Virus record (IMG/VR): IMGVR_UViG_3300031992_000063
Coordinates: 22,390 to 86,389 of that record
Length of the DNA: 64,000 bases
Strand: one strand, 5' to 3'
From: a virus
Taxonomy: Duplodnaviria; Heunggongvirae; Uroviricota; Caudoviricetes
Made by a program: the position numbers and the translations under genes. Under the pieces are notes generated by a model. The model saw nothing but the letters and a program-made list of their open reading frames with translations. It had not been told where the DNA came from and searched no databases. The number at the start of each line of letters is the position of its first letter. The first letter of the stretch is position 1. Positions 13,096 to 21,153 of this stretch are shown here, piece by piece.

Positions 13096-13506
13096 ATGAC
13101 TTTAATTGAACTCGCGCGCAAATTGCGCCCATATATAGAAAAAGCGGCTTTATCTTTATCAGATGAAGATGCGCTAGAAGCCGTTGATTTATTTCCCCGC
13201 TGGGATGTTAATCACGGCGAATATGTAAAAGATGATAAAGTGAGATTTGAGGGCGTATTATATAAATGTCTTCAACAGCATTTTCCATAGGCAGGTTGGG
13301 CGCCAACATTGGCACCAAGCCTATGGACGAAAGTACTTATTCCAGATGAAAATGTTATTCCTGAATGGGAGCAGCCCGATAGCACTAATCCTTATATGAA
13401 AGGCGATAAGGTAATGTTTGATGGGAAAGTATATGAAAGTGCTATTGATAATAATATTTGGTCGCCCACTGCTTATCCAGCCGGCTGGGCAGAGGTAAAT
13501 ATTTGA
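13096..13506 (+). CDS. Tandem CBM5/12-type carbohydrate (chitin)-binding domain protein (136 aa), 1 in-frame TAG
   Basis: ORFs 13096..13290 and 13309..13506 share a frame and are joined by TAG. Two repeats of the ChtBD3 pattern: ...VKDDKVRFEGVLYKCLQQHFP(TAG)AGWAPTLAPSLW... and ...YMKGDKVMFDGKVYESA...AGW. Confidence 0.65.
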
Positions 13507-13531
13507 CTTTTTCCTAAATTTATAATATAAT
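13503..13531 (+). promoter_or_regulatory. Consensus promoter (TTGACT-17-TATAAT)
   Basis: Promoter family member. The upstream gene's TGA stop lies inside AATATTTGACT. Confidence 0.55.
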
Positions 13532-13562
13532 AATTATACAATGAAGGAAAGGAGAAAAGAAT

Positions 13563-13844
13563 ATGAAGCAGAGAATTAATATTACAGTAGATGAAAATGA
13601 TGAAGTTGAGCGTCTATTTCTAACTTATAATTCATATATGAGTATGCTTCAATATCTTGCCAACACGGATATGGGCAGTACCCCCGTATATGATAAGAAA
13701 TGGAAAGAAGCATCAGACCTTTGGGTCCAATTGGATAAGAAAAAGCGCGAAATTGAACTTAAATACAAGCCCGCCGGAGACTGGGATAGTTATGAATTTG
13801 ATTTTGAAAATCAGCAGGTGGTGTTTGTAAAAGATGAGGCTTGA
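13563..13844 (+). CDS. Hypothetical protein (93 aa)
   Basis: ORF track entry. RBS GGAGA. Confidence 0.5.
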   Translation: MKQRINITVDENDEVERLFLTYNSYMSMLQYLANTDMGSTPVYDKKWKEASDLWVQLDKKKREIELKYKPAGDWDSYEFDFENQQVVFVKDEA

Positions 13845-15132
13845 TTTCTCCGATTAGATTATAAAGATGTATATGCGCGAAGACCCCGAAGCGACTTGTA
13901 GAAATATTACTTTTTAGGTAACGGATGATTGTTGCTTGAATTGTAGCTATTGCTATTAGACACACAAGGGTCATCGTATGATGAGTAAAGAAACCGCGAA
14001 AGAAATAGTAGATTTATTGTTTAAATTGTATGACGAAAACAATGAAGATACTGTCATAAATCATCATACATATGGTATTGTTTTGGACTTTATCGGCGGC
14101 GAACCATTTATGAATATTGATATCATATCTTTCGTTACTGAATACTTTATTCAGGAATGCGTTCGCCGCGACCATATTTGGCTTACTAATTTTCGTGTAT
14201 CTATGAGTTCCAATGGATTATTATATTTTGAGCCAAAAGTCTAGGAATACTTGCGTAAGTATAAAGACTTTGTTAGCTTAAATATAACAATTGATGGACC
14301 GAAAGAAATACATGATACTTGCCGCAAAGATTTTAGCGGCGAGGGTAGTTTTGATAGGTCAATAAAGGCATGGGAACATTGGTATCATGAGGTAAAGGTA
14401 AATATGCCAGATACAAAAGTAACGATTGCGCCCGAAAACCTATCCTAGCTTGAGTCAACATTTGATTTCTTTCTAGCCAATGGCTGTACTACTATTCACG
14501 CAAATCCAATCTTTGAGCATCCTTGGACTATTCGTGAGGCAAGTGAATATTATCATATATTAATTCGCCTTGCGGATAAACTATTAAAGGTTGAAGGCGC
14601 GGAAAGTTCCCTATTCTCCGACTTTAAAGGTAAGCCTTTGCCGCCAGAGGATACTAATAACTATTGCGGCGGCACTGCGGCAATGTTGGCTTTTGACCCA
14701 GATGGCAAAGCATATCCTTGCTTGCGCTATATGGCAAGTTCACTTTCACCAGAACGGGCGCCACTTGTAATTGGAGATACGCATGGAATATATAATACAC
14801 CAGAATACAAAGCAATATATGATGATATGAAGGCGGTAACGCGGCAATCGCAATCTTTACAAGAATGTTTAGATTGCCCTGTCGCATCCGGTTGTGCGTG
14901 GTGCTCGGCAGAAAACTACAATGAATTCGGCACCTATAACAAACGCTCTATTAACATATGTTGGATGCATCGCGCCGAAGCACTTGCGAATGTATATTAT
15001 TGGAATAAGTATTATAAATTACATAATATCAAAGATACATTCCCATTATATCTACCTAGAAATATAGCGGAAAAAATAATTACAAATCACGAATATAATG
15101 AGTTATATATATTATCACACTCTAATATTTGA
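13834..15132 (+). CDS. Radical SAM / SPASM-domain protein (anSME/peptide-maturase-like, about 432 aa) with 5 in-frame TAG
   Basis: ATG 13834 overlaps the upstream stop in an ATGA junction. Frame 1 is continuous through TAG at 13855, 13915, 13957, 14245 and 14446 to TGA at 15130-15132. CxxxCxxC = ...ITF(TAG)VTDDCCLNCSYCY(TAG)THKG. GGEP motif LDFIGGEPFMN. SPASM-like CGGTAAM...YPC and CLDCPVASGCAWCSAEN. Confidence 0.7.
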
Positions 15133-15157
15133 CTTTTGTAGAAATTTCTGCTATAAT
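15129..15157 (+). promoter_or_regulatory. Consensus promoter (TTGACT-17-TATAAT)
   Basis: Promoter family member. The rSAM gene's TGA stop lies inside AATATTTGACT. Confidence 0.55.
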
Positions 15158-15227
15158 ATATACAGAAAGTGGGTAAGGAACCAACTTTCTAAAAAATAAT
15201 TTTCATAACATAAGGAGGTTATGAGGT

Positions 15228-15566
15228 ATGAAGTATTATTCTGAAAAACTTCATAAGGTCTTTGACACCGTCGAAGCTTGTCAGCGTGCGGAGTTTGAAG
15301 AAAAGGAAAAGGAAAATCTTGAAAAAATCCAGAAGGAAAAGGCTCTAAGGGAAGCTAAGGAGCGCAAGGAAAAGGAAGCCGCAGAGCGTAAAGCTATGGC
15401 TGATAAGGTTGAGACTGCGCGCAAAGCTTATCTTGAAGCACAGAAAGCTTATAGGACTGAACTAGAAGCATTCTGCCAGAAGTATGGCACCTATCATTAT
15501 ACAGTGAGTGATGCCGATGAGGTTCCTTCTCTATTTGATGCTTTCAAGTATGCCTTTACTTGGTAA
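15228..15566 (+). CDS. Charged coiled-coil hypothetical protein (112 aa)
   Basis: ORF track entry. RBS AAGGAGG. Confidence 0.55.
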   Translation: MKYYSEKLHKVFDTVEACQRAEFEEKEKENLEKIQKEKALREAKERKEKEAAERKAMADKVETARKAYLEAQKAYRTELEAFCQKYGTYHYTVSDADEVPSLFDAFKYAFTW

Positions 15567-15605
15567 GTAAGGCTTAGGACTGAGCCTTATCAGTCCAACT
15601 TTCTT

Positions 15606-15694
15606 AGCCCCTTAGTTGAATGGCACAACAGCTGACTCTAAATCAGTAAGTGGGATTGACCCCGCGGGTGAGCGTTCGAGTCGCTCAGGGGCCG
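15606..15694 (+). tRNA. Candidate amber-suppressor tRNA, anticodon CUA (reads UAG); isotype undetermined
   Basis: Cloverleaf: AGCCCCT / TA / D stem GTTG-AATGGCA-CAAC / anticodon stem GCTGA, loop CTCTAAA (U33, CUA, A37), TCAGT / 22-nt variable region with GTGGG-ATTGAC-CCCGC helix / T arm GAGCG-TTCGAGT-CGCTC / AGGGGCC / G73. A1-C72 is unpaired. Confidence 0.6.
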
Positions 15695-15781
15695 CGTGGG
15701 AAGCGGACGGCTAGCTACCGAAACGAGATAAGGATGCCCTATCATCCAGCCAAATTTTATTTCTATAGGGAGGAATATAAA

Positions 15782-16450
15782 ATGACGGGATTTATCTATG
15801 TAATTACAAATGATGTAAATGGAAAGTAGTATGTTGGAAAAACTACTGATACTTTAGCCGGACGATTTAGTGACCATTGTAAAGATTCGGTTTTATCTAA
15901 ATGTAAAGGAAGACCTTTATATTATGCTATGAATAAATATGGGAAAGAACATTTTCATATTTCGTAGTTAGAAGAATGTGAACTAGATATTTTACCAGAA
16001 AGAGAATAGTTTTGGATAAAAGAATTAGATACTTATCATAATGGTTATAATGCCACTCTTGGAGGAGAAGGCAAGCAATATTATGATTATAATCTATTCG
16101 TTCAAGATTTTAATAATGGTATGAATATTAAAGAAATTGCTTAGAAATATCATTGTGGTACAGAAACAGTAAGCAAGGCTTTGCGAAAGGCGGGATTAGA
16201 TACTTTTCGCGGAAGTAAATATAATGCTCGTTCAAATAGGATTCCAATATTACAATTTTCGATGGATGATAATTTTTTACAGGAATTTGACTCAATTTGG
16301 ACAGCCGCTAAGTGGATAATGGAAAATCATTTTACCACCTCTACTAATCAAGGTCAAGTATAGAGTAATATTAGCGGAGCAGCGCGATAGATAGGATATA
16401 GAAAATCAGCATATGGATTTAAGTGGCGGCTAAAAGAAGAAGAAAATTAA
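15782..16450 (+). CDS. GIY-YIG homing endonuclease (I-TevI/Seg-like) with 6 in-frame TAG
   Basis: RBS GGGAGG followed by ATG 15782. GFIYVITNDVNGK(TAG)YVGKT...FHIS(TAG)LEECE...ERE(TAG)FWIKELDTYHNGYNATLGG, a C-terminal HTH (KEIA(TAG)KY...) and ...YGFKWRLKEEEN. Frame 2 is continuous to TAA at 16448-16450. Confidence 0.75.
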
Positions 16451-16515
16451 ATTAATTCGACACATACAGCAAACTTTGATGAAATAACTGGAAATTATCA
16501 GCGTGTCGAGTATTT

Positions 16516-16586
16516 GCGCCATTCGTATAGCGGTAATATGTCTGCCTTCCAAGCAGATGCGGCGGGTTCGAGTCTCGCATGGCGCT
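16516..16586 (+). tRNA. tRNA-Gly(TCC)
   Basis: GCGCCAT acceptor, D stem GTAT/ATGT, anticodon loop CTTCCAA, T arm GCGGG-TTCGAGT-CTCGC. Confidence 0.7.
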
Positions 16587-16696
16587 TTAATAAATTGGGA
16601 CGCTTCACCTAGCCAAAGCCGTTAATCGAGGCTATAAGTATCGATTGGAGTGAAGCAAATTTTACCTGTTGGGAGAAGGCTTGGGTAAAATATTTT

Positions 16697-16894
16697 ATGC
16701 GGTGGCGAAATAATTTTATGAAACAATCTGAAGCATATGAGTTATTGCGAAAAGAATATCTTTCAAAATTACAAGATATTGGTTGCGATGGATGTATAGC
16801 AGAATATTACTGCATTGAGAATCATCTCCGAACAGACCGTTTTCCGCAAAAGGACTGCTCTGAAAAACTTAAAGATTACCTTCAACGGTTGTAA
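16697..16894 (+). CDS. Hypothetical protein (65 aa)
   Basis: ORF track entry. Confidence 0.45.
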   Translation: MRWRNNFMKQSEAYELLRKEYLSKLQDIGCDGCIAEYYCIENHLRTDRFPQKDCSEKLKDYLQRL

Positions 16895-17027
16895 TTAAAA
16901 GGAGATAAATCTATGAGTGAAAAGCAATGTCCTCACTATGTTGATAGCCACTCTTGCTATTGGTGTATTTTTAAAAATACCGAAAATTGCCCGAAGCAAG
17001 AGCAATCTGAAATGATGAGGTGGCAAA

Positions 17028-17201
17028 ATGGCAATAATATTGAAGTGTGTTGATGTTCCTGTAGCATGTGCTGTATGTCCCTTTGCAGAACGTATGGATA
17101 ATATGAGAACATATTGTAAATGGTATCCAACAGAACGACCAACATGTGATGGAGAGGAAATTCCAGAATATTGTCCGATTGAGCAAGTTGTATGTGAGTA
17201 A
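17028..17201 (+). CDS. Small Cys-rich (zinc-ribbon-like) protein (57 aa)
   Basis: ATG 17028 reads MAIILKCVDVPVACAVCPF...CKWYPTERPTCDGEEIPEYCPIEQVVCE. A second Cys-rich ORF, 16913..17053, precedes it. Confidence 0.35.
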   Translation: MAIILKCVDVPVACAVCPFAERMDNMRTYCKWYPTERPTCDGEEIPEYCPIEQVVCE

Positions 17202-17203
17202 AT

Positions 17204-17291
17204 GACACTATGGCCGAGTTGGTATGGCACCGTCCTGCTAAGACGAGGTCATCTGTAAAAGGGTGCGAAGGTTCAAGTCCTTCTGGTGTCG
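17204..17291 (+). tRNA. tRNA-Ser(GCT), class II
   Basis: Anticodon loop CTGCTAA, long variable arm, T arm GAAGG-TTCAAGT-CCTTC, G73. Confidence 0.65.
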
Positions 17292-17540
17292 TTCGAGTCC
17301 CTCACTATCTCGGCGCAAAAAGTGAGAACGCAGGCAAGCACGTATGCTACCCGGGAGCCACAACCCCGTAAGTCAGCCTAGGATGACAGAGCGTGAGAAC
17401 CAGCGTTAGGTTACTAGAGAAAATATAACGACGAATTTGATGTTCCGTAAAAACATTCCGTAGGCCCACACGAAAATGAGGACGTAATGGCGACACGAAG
17501 ATTCGCTAGCGGACTTAGGAGTTGCGAACCTAGGTGGCCG
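17292..17540 (+). ncRNA. About 250-nt non-coding spacer; begins with a tRNA 3'-half-like fragment (TTCGAGTCCCTCAC)
   Basis: No ORF and no cloverleaf. Contains repeated TTCCGTA motifs. Confidence 0.25.
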
Positions 17541-17600
17541 TGATTTCCCATAATTTGAACGCTAACGCAATTAGACAAGTAAAATTATGGGATTTTTATT
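17541..17600 (+). terminator. Rho-independent terminator
   Basis: 10-bp stem CCCATAATTT...AAATTATGGG followed by ATTTTTATTTG. Confidence 0.55.
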
Positions 17601-17627
17601 TGACTTTTTCTGAAATTGTAGTATAAT
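17600..17627 (+). promoter_or_regulatory. Consensus promoter (TTGACT-16/17-TATAAT)
   Basis: Promoter family member. Followed by the conserved TATAGAAAGTGAGGGAGAG leader. Confidence 0.55.
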
Positions 17628-17651
17628 TATTATAGAAAGTGAGGGAGAGAA

Positions 17652-17819
17652 ATGGAAAGATTTACACTTGAATATGAACTTGATAATGATAGGGTTTCTA
17701 TTGAAAGATATAGAGAACAAGGTGAACCTCTTCGTTATGCAGAATATTGTGAAGCTTTTGTAGCTTTTATGACTGCGATTGGATATCCCCAGATAAAACA
17801 AGTATTTGACAAAGAATGA
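17652..17819 (+). CDS. Small hypothetical protein (55 aa)
   Basis: ATG 6 nt after a GGGAGAGA leader. Ends TGA at 17817-17819. Confidence 0.35.
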   Translation: MERFTLEYELDNDRVSIERYREQGEPLRYAEYCEAFVAFMTAIGYPQIKQVFDKE

Positions 17820-17834
17820 AAATTGAGGTATAAT
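17806..17834 (+). promoter_or_regulatory. Perfect consensus promoter TTGACA-17-TATAAT driving the tRNA array
   Basis: TTGACA at 17806-17811 and TATAAT at 17829-17834, immediately upstream of tRNA-Ile. Confidence 0.6.
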
Positions 17835-17847
17835 AAATATACCGAAA

Positions 17848-17921
17848 CGGGCACTAGCTCAGTTGGTGAGAGCATCGGTCTTATAAACCGGTGGTCCTTG
17901 GTTCGAATCCAAGGTGCCCGA
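17848..17921 (+). tRNA. tRNA-Ile(TAT), AUA-reading
   Basis: CGGGCAC acceptor, GCTC-AGTTGGTGA-GAGC, anticodon loop CTTATAA, CTTGG-TTCGAAT-CCAAG. Confidence 0.6.
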
Positions 17922-17927
17922 TTATAA

Positions 17928-18001
17928 TGGGGTGTAGCCAAGTAGGCGAAGGCACGAGACTTTGACTCTCGGATGCGTAGGTTCGAGCCCTACCACCCCA
18001 G
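17928..18001 (+). tRNA. tRNA-Gln(TTG)
   Basis: U1-A72, G73, anticodon loop CTTTGAC, GTAGG-TTCGAGC-CCTAC. Confidence 0.65.
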
Positions 18002-18006
18002 CTTAT

Positions 18007-18082
18007 GACCCCTTAGTCCAACCAGGCAGCAGACAATAGACTTAAAATCTATCAAGTATGGGTTCGAATCCCATAGGGGTTA
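18007..18082 (+). tRNA. Class-I-shaped tRNA with Leu-type anticodon TAA (reads UUA/UUG); A73
   Basis: GACCCCT acceptor, anticodon arm ATAGA-CTTAAAA-TCTAT, 5-nt variable loop, ATGGG-TTCGAAT-CCCAT. Confidence 0.45.
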
Positions 18083-18960
18083 CTTGTCATAGGCAGGGAA
18101 GCACGATACCCTGACGTGCCCGGGTCACGAAAGCTACTGTGTGCTAGTGGATATGACATCGGCTGAAAAACGAGAAGGCATGGGAAAATAGATTGGTAGT
18201 CCCGGGCAGTTATTAGGGTAACTCCCTAAACTGCAGAGGAAGCGGCTTCATCTACCGCTCTCGTCACATAGTGTAGGCCGTTAGTCTCGGAGAGACCGAG
18301 GATAAATAAGCGAGGCCGCTCTGTGAAGCGGGTTGCGACGAGCAACCTCCGTGGATACACGACCCACGTAAAAAAGGTGCCGCGCTGATAGACCGCAAGT
18401 TCGCAATAGTCTATCATCTGGAGCAATGACAGGACTTTATGCGTGAAACTAAGCTCCTCGGCATCCTCACCAATTTGAGGGGAGAAATCCAAAAAATGGG
18501 ATGGAACGCATACGCTGAGTAAAACTGCGTAACAAAAAGAGAAAGTAAGACGCTCAATAATGGTCTACAAGAAGCGCAAACTGTATGGCTTTGCATGTGC
18601 CAGATTGCTCGGCGCTTAATAAAAGAGGAGCAAAGTAAGTGCTAGTATTCCATAAAATGGGAATGAATGGTTCTCATTGCTAGCAATTCGCCCAATATAG
18701 CTCAAAGGCGAGAGCAACGTTCGCGGAGATGCAGTTCGAGTCTGCTGAGGGCTTCGCGCGAATATATCGGCAACTGATATAATGATTAACAAGAAGTTGC
18801 GGCCGTATCTCAGGGTCGTTCTGGGAAGAGGGAAAATATTAGTTTTGGGTTGTAGGTTCGACCCCTACTACACTGGGCAAAGCGCTCGGTGTAATCGAGA
18901 GGAATACCATAAAACTAATACGGCTTAGCTAGCCTGACCTCGGTCAGCTTGATAGCTACA
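18083..18960 (+). ncRNA. About 880-nt structured non-coding region (unidentified large RNA candidate)
   Basis: No ORF longer than 90 aa on the + strand; only spurious minus-strand ORFs. Dense local helices. An RNase P P4-like GUCCCGGGC at about 18199. A tRNA-like fragment (GCUCAAAGGCGAGAGC D arm plus GCAG-UUCGAGU-CUGC T arm) at about 18690-18750. A T-arm-like GUAGG-UUCGACC-CCUAC at about 18845. Confidence 0.3.
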
Positions 18961-18966
18961 AGTTGA

Positions 18967-19039
18967 CCTCTTTATAGCAGAATAGTGTAGAGGTCTAGCA
19001 CGATTGGTTCATATCCAATAGACATAGGTTCAAATCCTG
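18967..19039 (+). tRNA. tRNA-Met/Ile2(CAT)
   Basis: Anticodon loop TTCATAT, ATAGG-TTCAAAT-CCTGT. A1-A72 mismatch. Confidence 0.55.
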
Positions 19040-19158
19040 TTTCTGCAATCGGCTTCATAAATCATATGAACGCCTCCATAATAAATAAGAACTTTGGCCT
19101 TCTGTTCTCCTTTTAACAAAGGCTTGGGAAGGCACAATATTATACTGGATGTGATAAT

Positions 19159-19812
19159 ATGACATTTAATGTTACAGCTCAAGCTAATCTTGGCGTAGCC
19201 AATGTACAAATTCAGTATGATGGGTAGAAGCGATTAAAGTTGAGAATAATGTGCGGAAAAAAGTCTATATATTATGACCCCGTATCCAATATGGTAATAC
19301 CATTAACATTCGGAAATGGCACATATTCATTTCGACTGTATGAAAATACCATTGGTAATTCATATAAACTAATTGCTTCAAGGTCACGTTCTATTCATAT
19401 GAAGGATGTTAATGCCTATAAATTAAATGCTAACTATTTTGTTAATTTTGATGAAGCTTCCTCCTTCTTTCAAATTGCGAAAAAATTAAGAGATTGGACC
19501 GCAATTAAGAATTATATTAGTAATAATTTTAGATACGATTATATCAAAGCCTTAACTGCACCAAAATCTAAAAATCTAGTGCCTCCAGACTTAGAAAAAG
19601 TTTTTTCAGAGAAAAGTGGTATTTGTGACGGACTTGCGGCATTAACTGTAGCATTCGCGCGCATCTGCGGCATTCCTGCTACATTAGTAATGGGAAAGGC
19701 AGACAGAAATGCACATGCTTGGGTAAAAGTTGGCGATGAATTATTTGATCCTACTTATGTTATCCAACGGCGCAGAACAAAAATTAAATATGTAGAAGAA
19801 CGTGAGTATTAA
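19159..19812 (+). CDS. Transglutaminase-like cysteine peptidase domain protein (about 217 aa), 1 in-frame TAG
   Basis: ATG 19159 is in frame with ORF 19240..19812 through TAG at about 19225. Cys, His and Asp are present in GICDGLAAL...NAHAWVKVGDELFDPTYV. Confidence 0.5.
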
Positions 19813-19816
19813 TTAT

Positions 19817-19844
19817 TTGACTTTCTTACAAATTATGTTATAAT
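19817..19844 (+). promoter_or_regulatory. Consensus promoter (TTGACT-16-TGtTATAAT)
   Basis: Promoter family member, immediately upstream of the interrupted tRNA. Confidence 0.55.
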
Positions 19845-19864
19845 ATATTTGTAAGAAAGGGAAT

Positions 19865-20028
19865 GGCCCTATAGCTCAGTTGGTAGAGCATGCGGCTGGT
19901 CAGAATAGCCAAGTAGTAAGGCATACCATCCCAAGAGAATTATTCTCGTAAGAAGGTAATCGCAAGTGCAATTCTTGCTTCTGGCGCCATTAACCGCAGT
20001 GTCGTAGGTTCAAGTCCTACTGGGGCCG
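19865..20028 (+). tRNA. Interrupted tRNA: canonical acceptor, D, T and anticodon stems with an about 91-nt structured insertion in the anticodon loop; anticodon undetermined
   Basis: GGCCCTA / TA / GCTC-AGTTGGTA-GAGC / A / TGCGG [98 nt] CCGCA / GTGTC / GTAGG-TTCAAGT-CCTAC / TGGGGCC / G. The insert contains nested helices GAGAA-TTA-TTCTC and GCAAG-TGCAATT-CTTGC. Confidence 0.5.
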
Positions 20029-20075
20029 AACATCTTTCATCATCTTCAAACATCTTTTAACATCTTTCAATCACC
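20029..20075 (+). repeat. Four tandem copies of an 8-11 nt unit (ACATCTTTCA / CATCTTCAA / ACATCTTTTA / ACATCTTTCAA)
   Basis: Direct repeats between two tRNAs, followed by the hairpin GGCGC-GAGA-GCGCC. Confidence 0.5.
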
Positions 20076-20097
20076 TCTAGGCGCGAGAGCGCCACTT

Positions 20098-20169
20098 GGG
20101 CCTATCGTCCAATGGTTAGGACTCTAGACTGTTAATCTAGGTATCTTGGTTCGAATCCAAGTGGGCCCG
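20098..20169 (+). tRNA. tRNA-Asn(GTT)
   Basis: GGGCCTA acceptor, GTCC-AATGGTTA-GGAC, anticodon loop CTGTTAA, CTTGG-TTCGAAT-CCAAG. Confidence 0.7.
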
Positions 20170-20173
20170 CTTT

Positions 20174-20288
20174 AAAGACACATCAGCAACTCTTATTTGC
20201 TTCAGGAGCCCGTTAAGTGTTGGTCCAAATCCAGCCCGTCCTGCGTAGGACGGTAGCCCAATAGTAGAGGCGCGGTTATAAGTGTGTC
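20174..20288 (+). ncRNA. About 115-nt structured element closed by an 8-bp long-range stem (AAGACACA...TGTGTCTT)
   Basis: Contains the hairpin CCGTCC-TGCGTA-GGACGG. No canonical cloverleaf. Confidence 0.3.
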
Positions 20289-20296
20289 TTGTTCTT

Positions 20297-20369
20297 GGGT
20301 TGATAGTGATAATGGTTAGCACTTCTGCCTTGCAAGCAGAGAGTCAGGGTTCAATTCCCTGTCGATCCA
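20297..20369 (+). tRNA. tRNA-Ala(TGC)
   Basis: G3-U70 present, anticodon loop CTTGCAA, CAGGG-TTCAATT-CCCTG, A73. Confidence 0.65.
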
Positions 20370-20434
20370 CTTCGAAAGACATGACGGTCATTCGATATTT
20401 TTCAGCAGGGAACTGGAACCGCCCTGCTCCCCTT

Positions 20435-20506
20435 GACCTTATCGTATAATGGTTATTACGCTAGCTTGTCACGCTAGTAATCGCAGTTCAATTCTGCGTA
20501 AGGTCG
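20435..20506 (+). tRNA. tRNA-Asp(GTC)
   Basis: GACCTTA/TAAGGTC acceptor, anticodon loop TTGTCAC, CGCAG-TTCAATT-CTGCG, G73. Confidence 0.65.
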
Positions 20507-20517
20507 TTTGTCTTAGC

Positions 20518-21153
20518 ACGTAGACATTAAATATTCGTGTCGGCCCGGACTCTGTGACTGTAAACACAGGCAACCGTTAACACGGATTTAGCACTTCAAC
20601 TACCACTGGCGTGATTGGGAGGAGTGTTTATGGATGAACTTCCTAAACTATACTCCATAATCAAACGCGATATGTGGCTTGCGGAAAACGGTATATAAAG
20701 AAGCGAAGCAAAGTGCAGTTTCATCTTCAGCCAGAGATCTGGTGGCGTAAAGGCATCGTCGTAATTAGTATAAATGTTGCTCGGCAACCACGCAACCCGG
20801 CCGTGGGCAGAATAGCTGGGGTAAATTGAAGATGAAAATCCTCAGCTCATGTGCGTGCTACCCACGGGTAACACAATAGTCGTGAGTTGGATGGGACCGT
20901 ATTGCGGCAACGGTATATAAAGACGCATCGCATAAGCTCAGCTTGCCCGTTGGGATCTTAAGAGCGAGTAGCGAAAGTACTCAACAAAGAATGCTCCCAA
21001 CTCCGATTCTCCTAGACATGAGTGGTTGGATTACACGGTGAGAGTCCGTGATAAACACCAATAAAAGGTCTATTGCGCGCAAGGGTTTGTAGGTAGTTCC
21101 TCCTTCTGAGGGAAAAACCTTCTTATCTTACAATTATAAGGAGAATATAAGTA
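20518..21153 (+). ncRNA. About 635-nt non-coding structured region containing a duplicated about 35-nt motif
   Basis: No + strand ORF. TTGCGGaAAACGGTATATAAAGAaGC..CAG at about 20676 and TTGCGGcAACGGTATATAAAGAcGC..CAG at about 20905, about 228 nt apart. Confidence 0.3.

Noticed and set aside
18690-18750. An additional tRNA at about 18690-18750 (D arm GCTCAAAGGCGAGAGC plus T arm GCAG-TTCGAGT-CTGC).
   Set aside because: Only 14 nt separate the D arm from the T arm, so there is no room for an anticodon arm, and the acceptor halves do not pair. It is recorded as a tRNA fragment or remnant inside the large non-coding region rather than a gene.
20676-20940. The duplicated TTGCGG...TATATAAAG motif as a pair of promoters.
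   Set aside because: Spacing and sequence do not fit the -35/-10 geometry of the well-defined promoter family used everywhere else in this window. It is more likely part of a duplicated RNA structural module and is kept only as a repeat observation.
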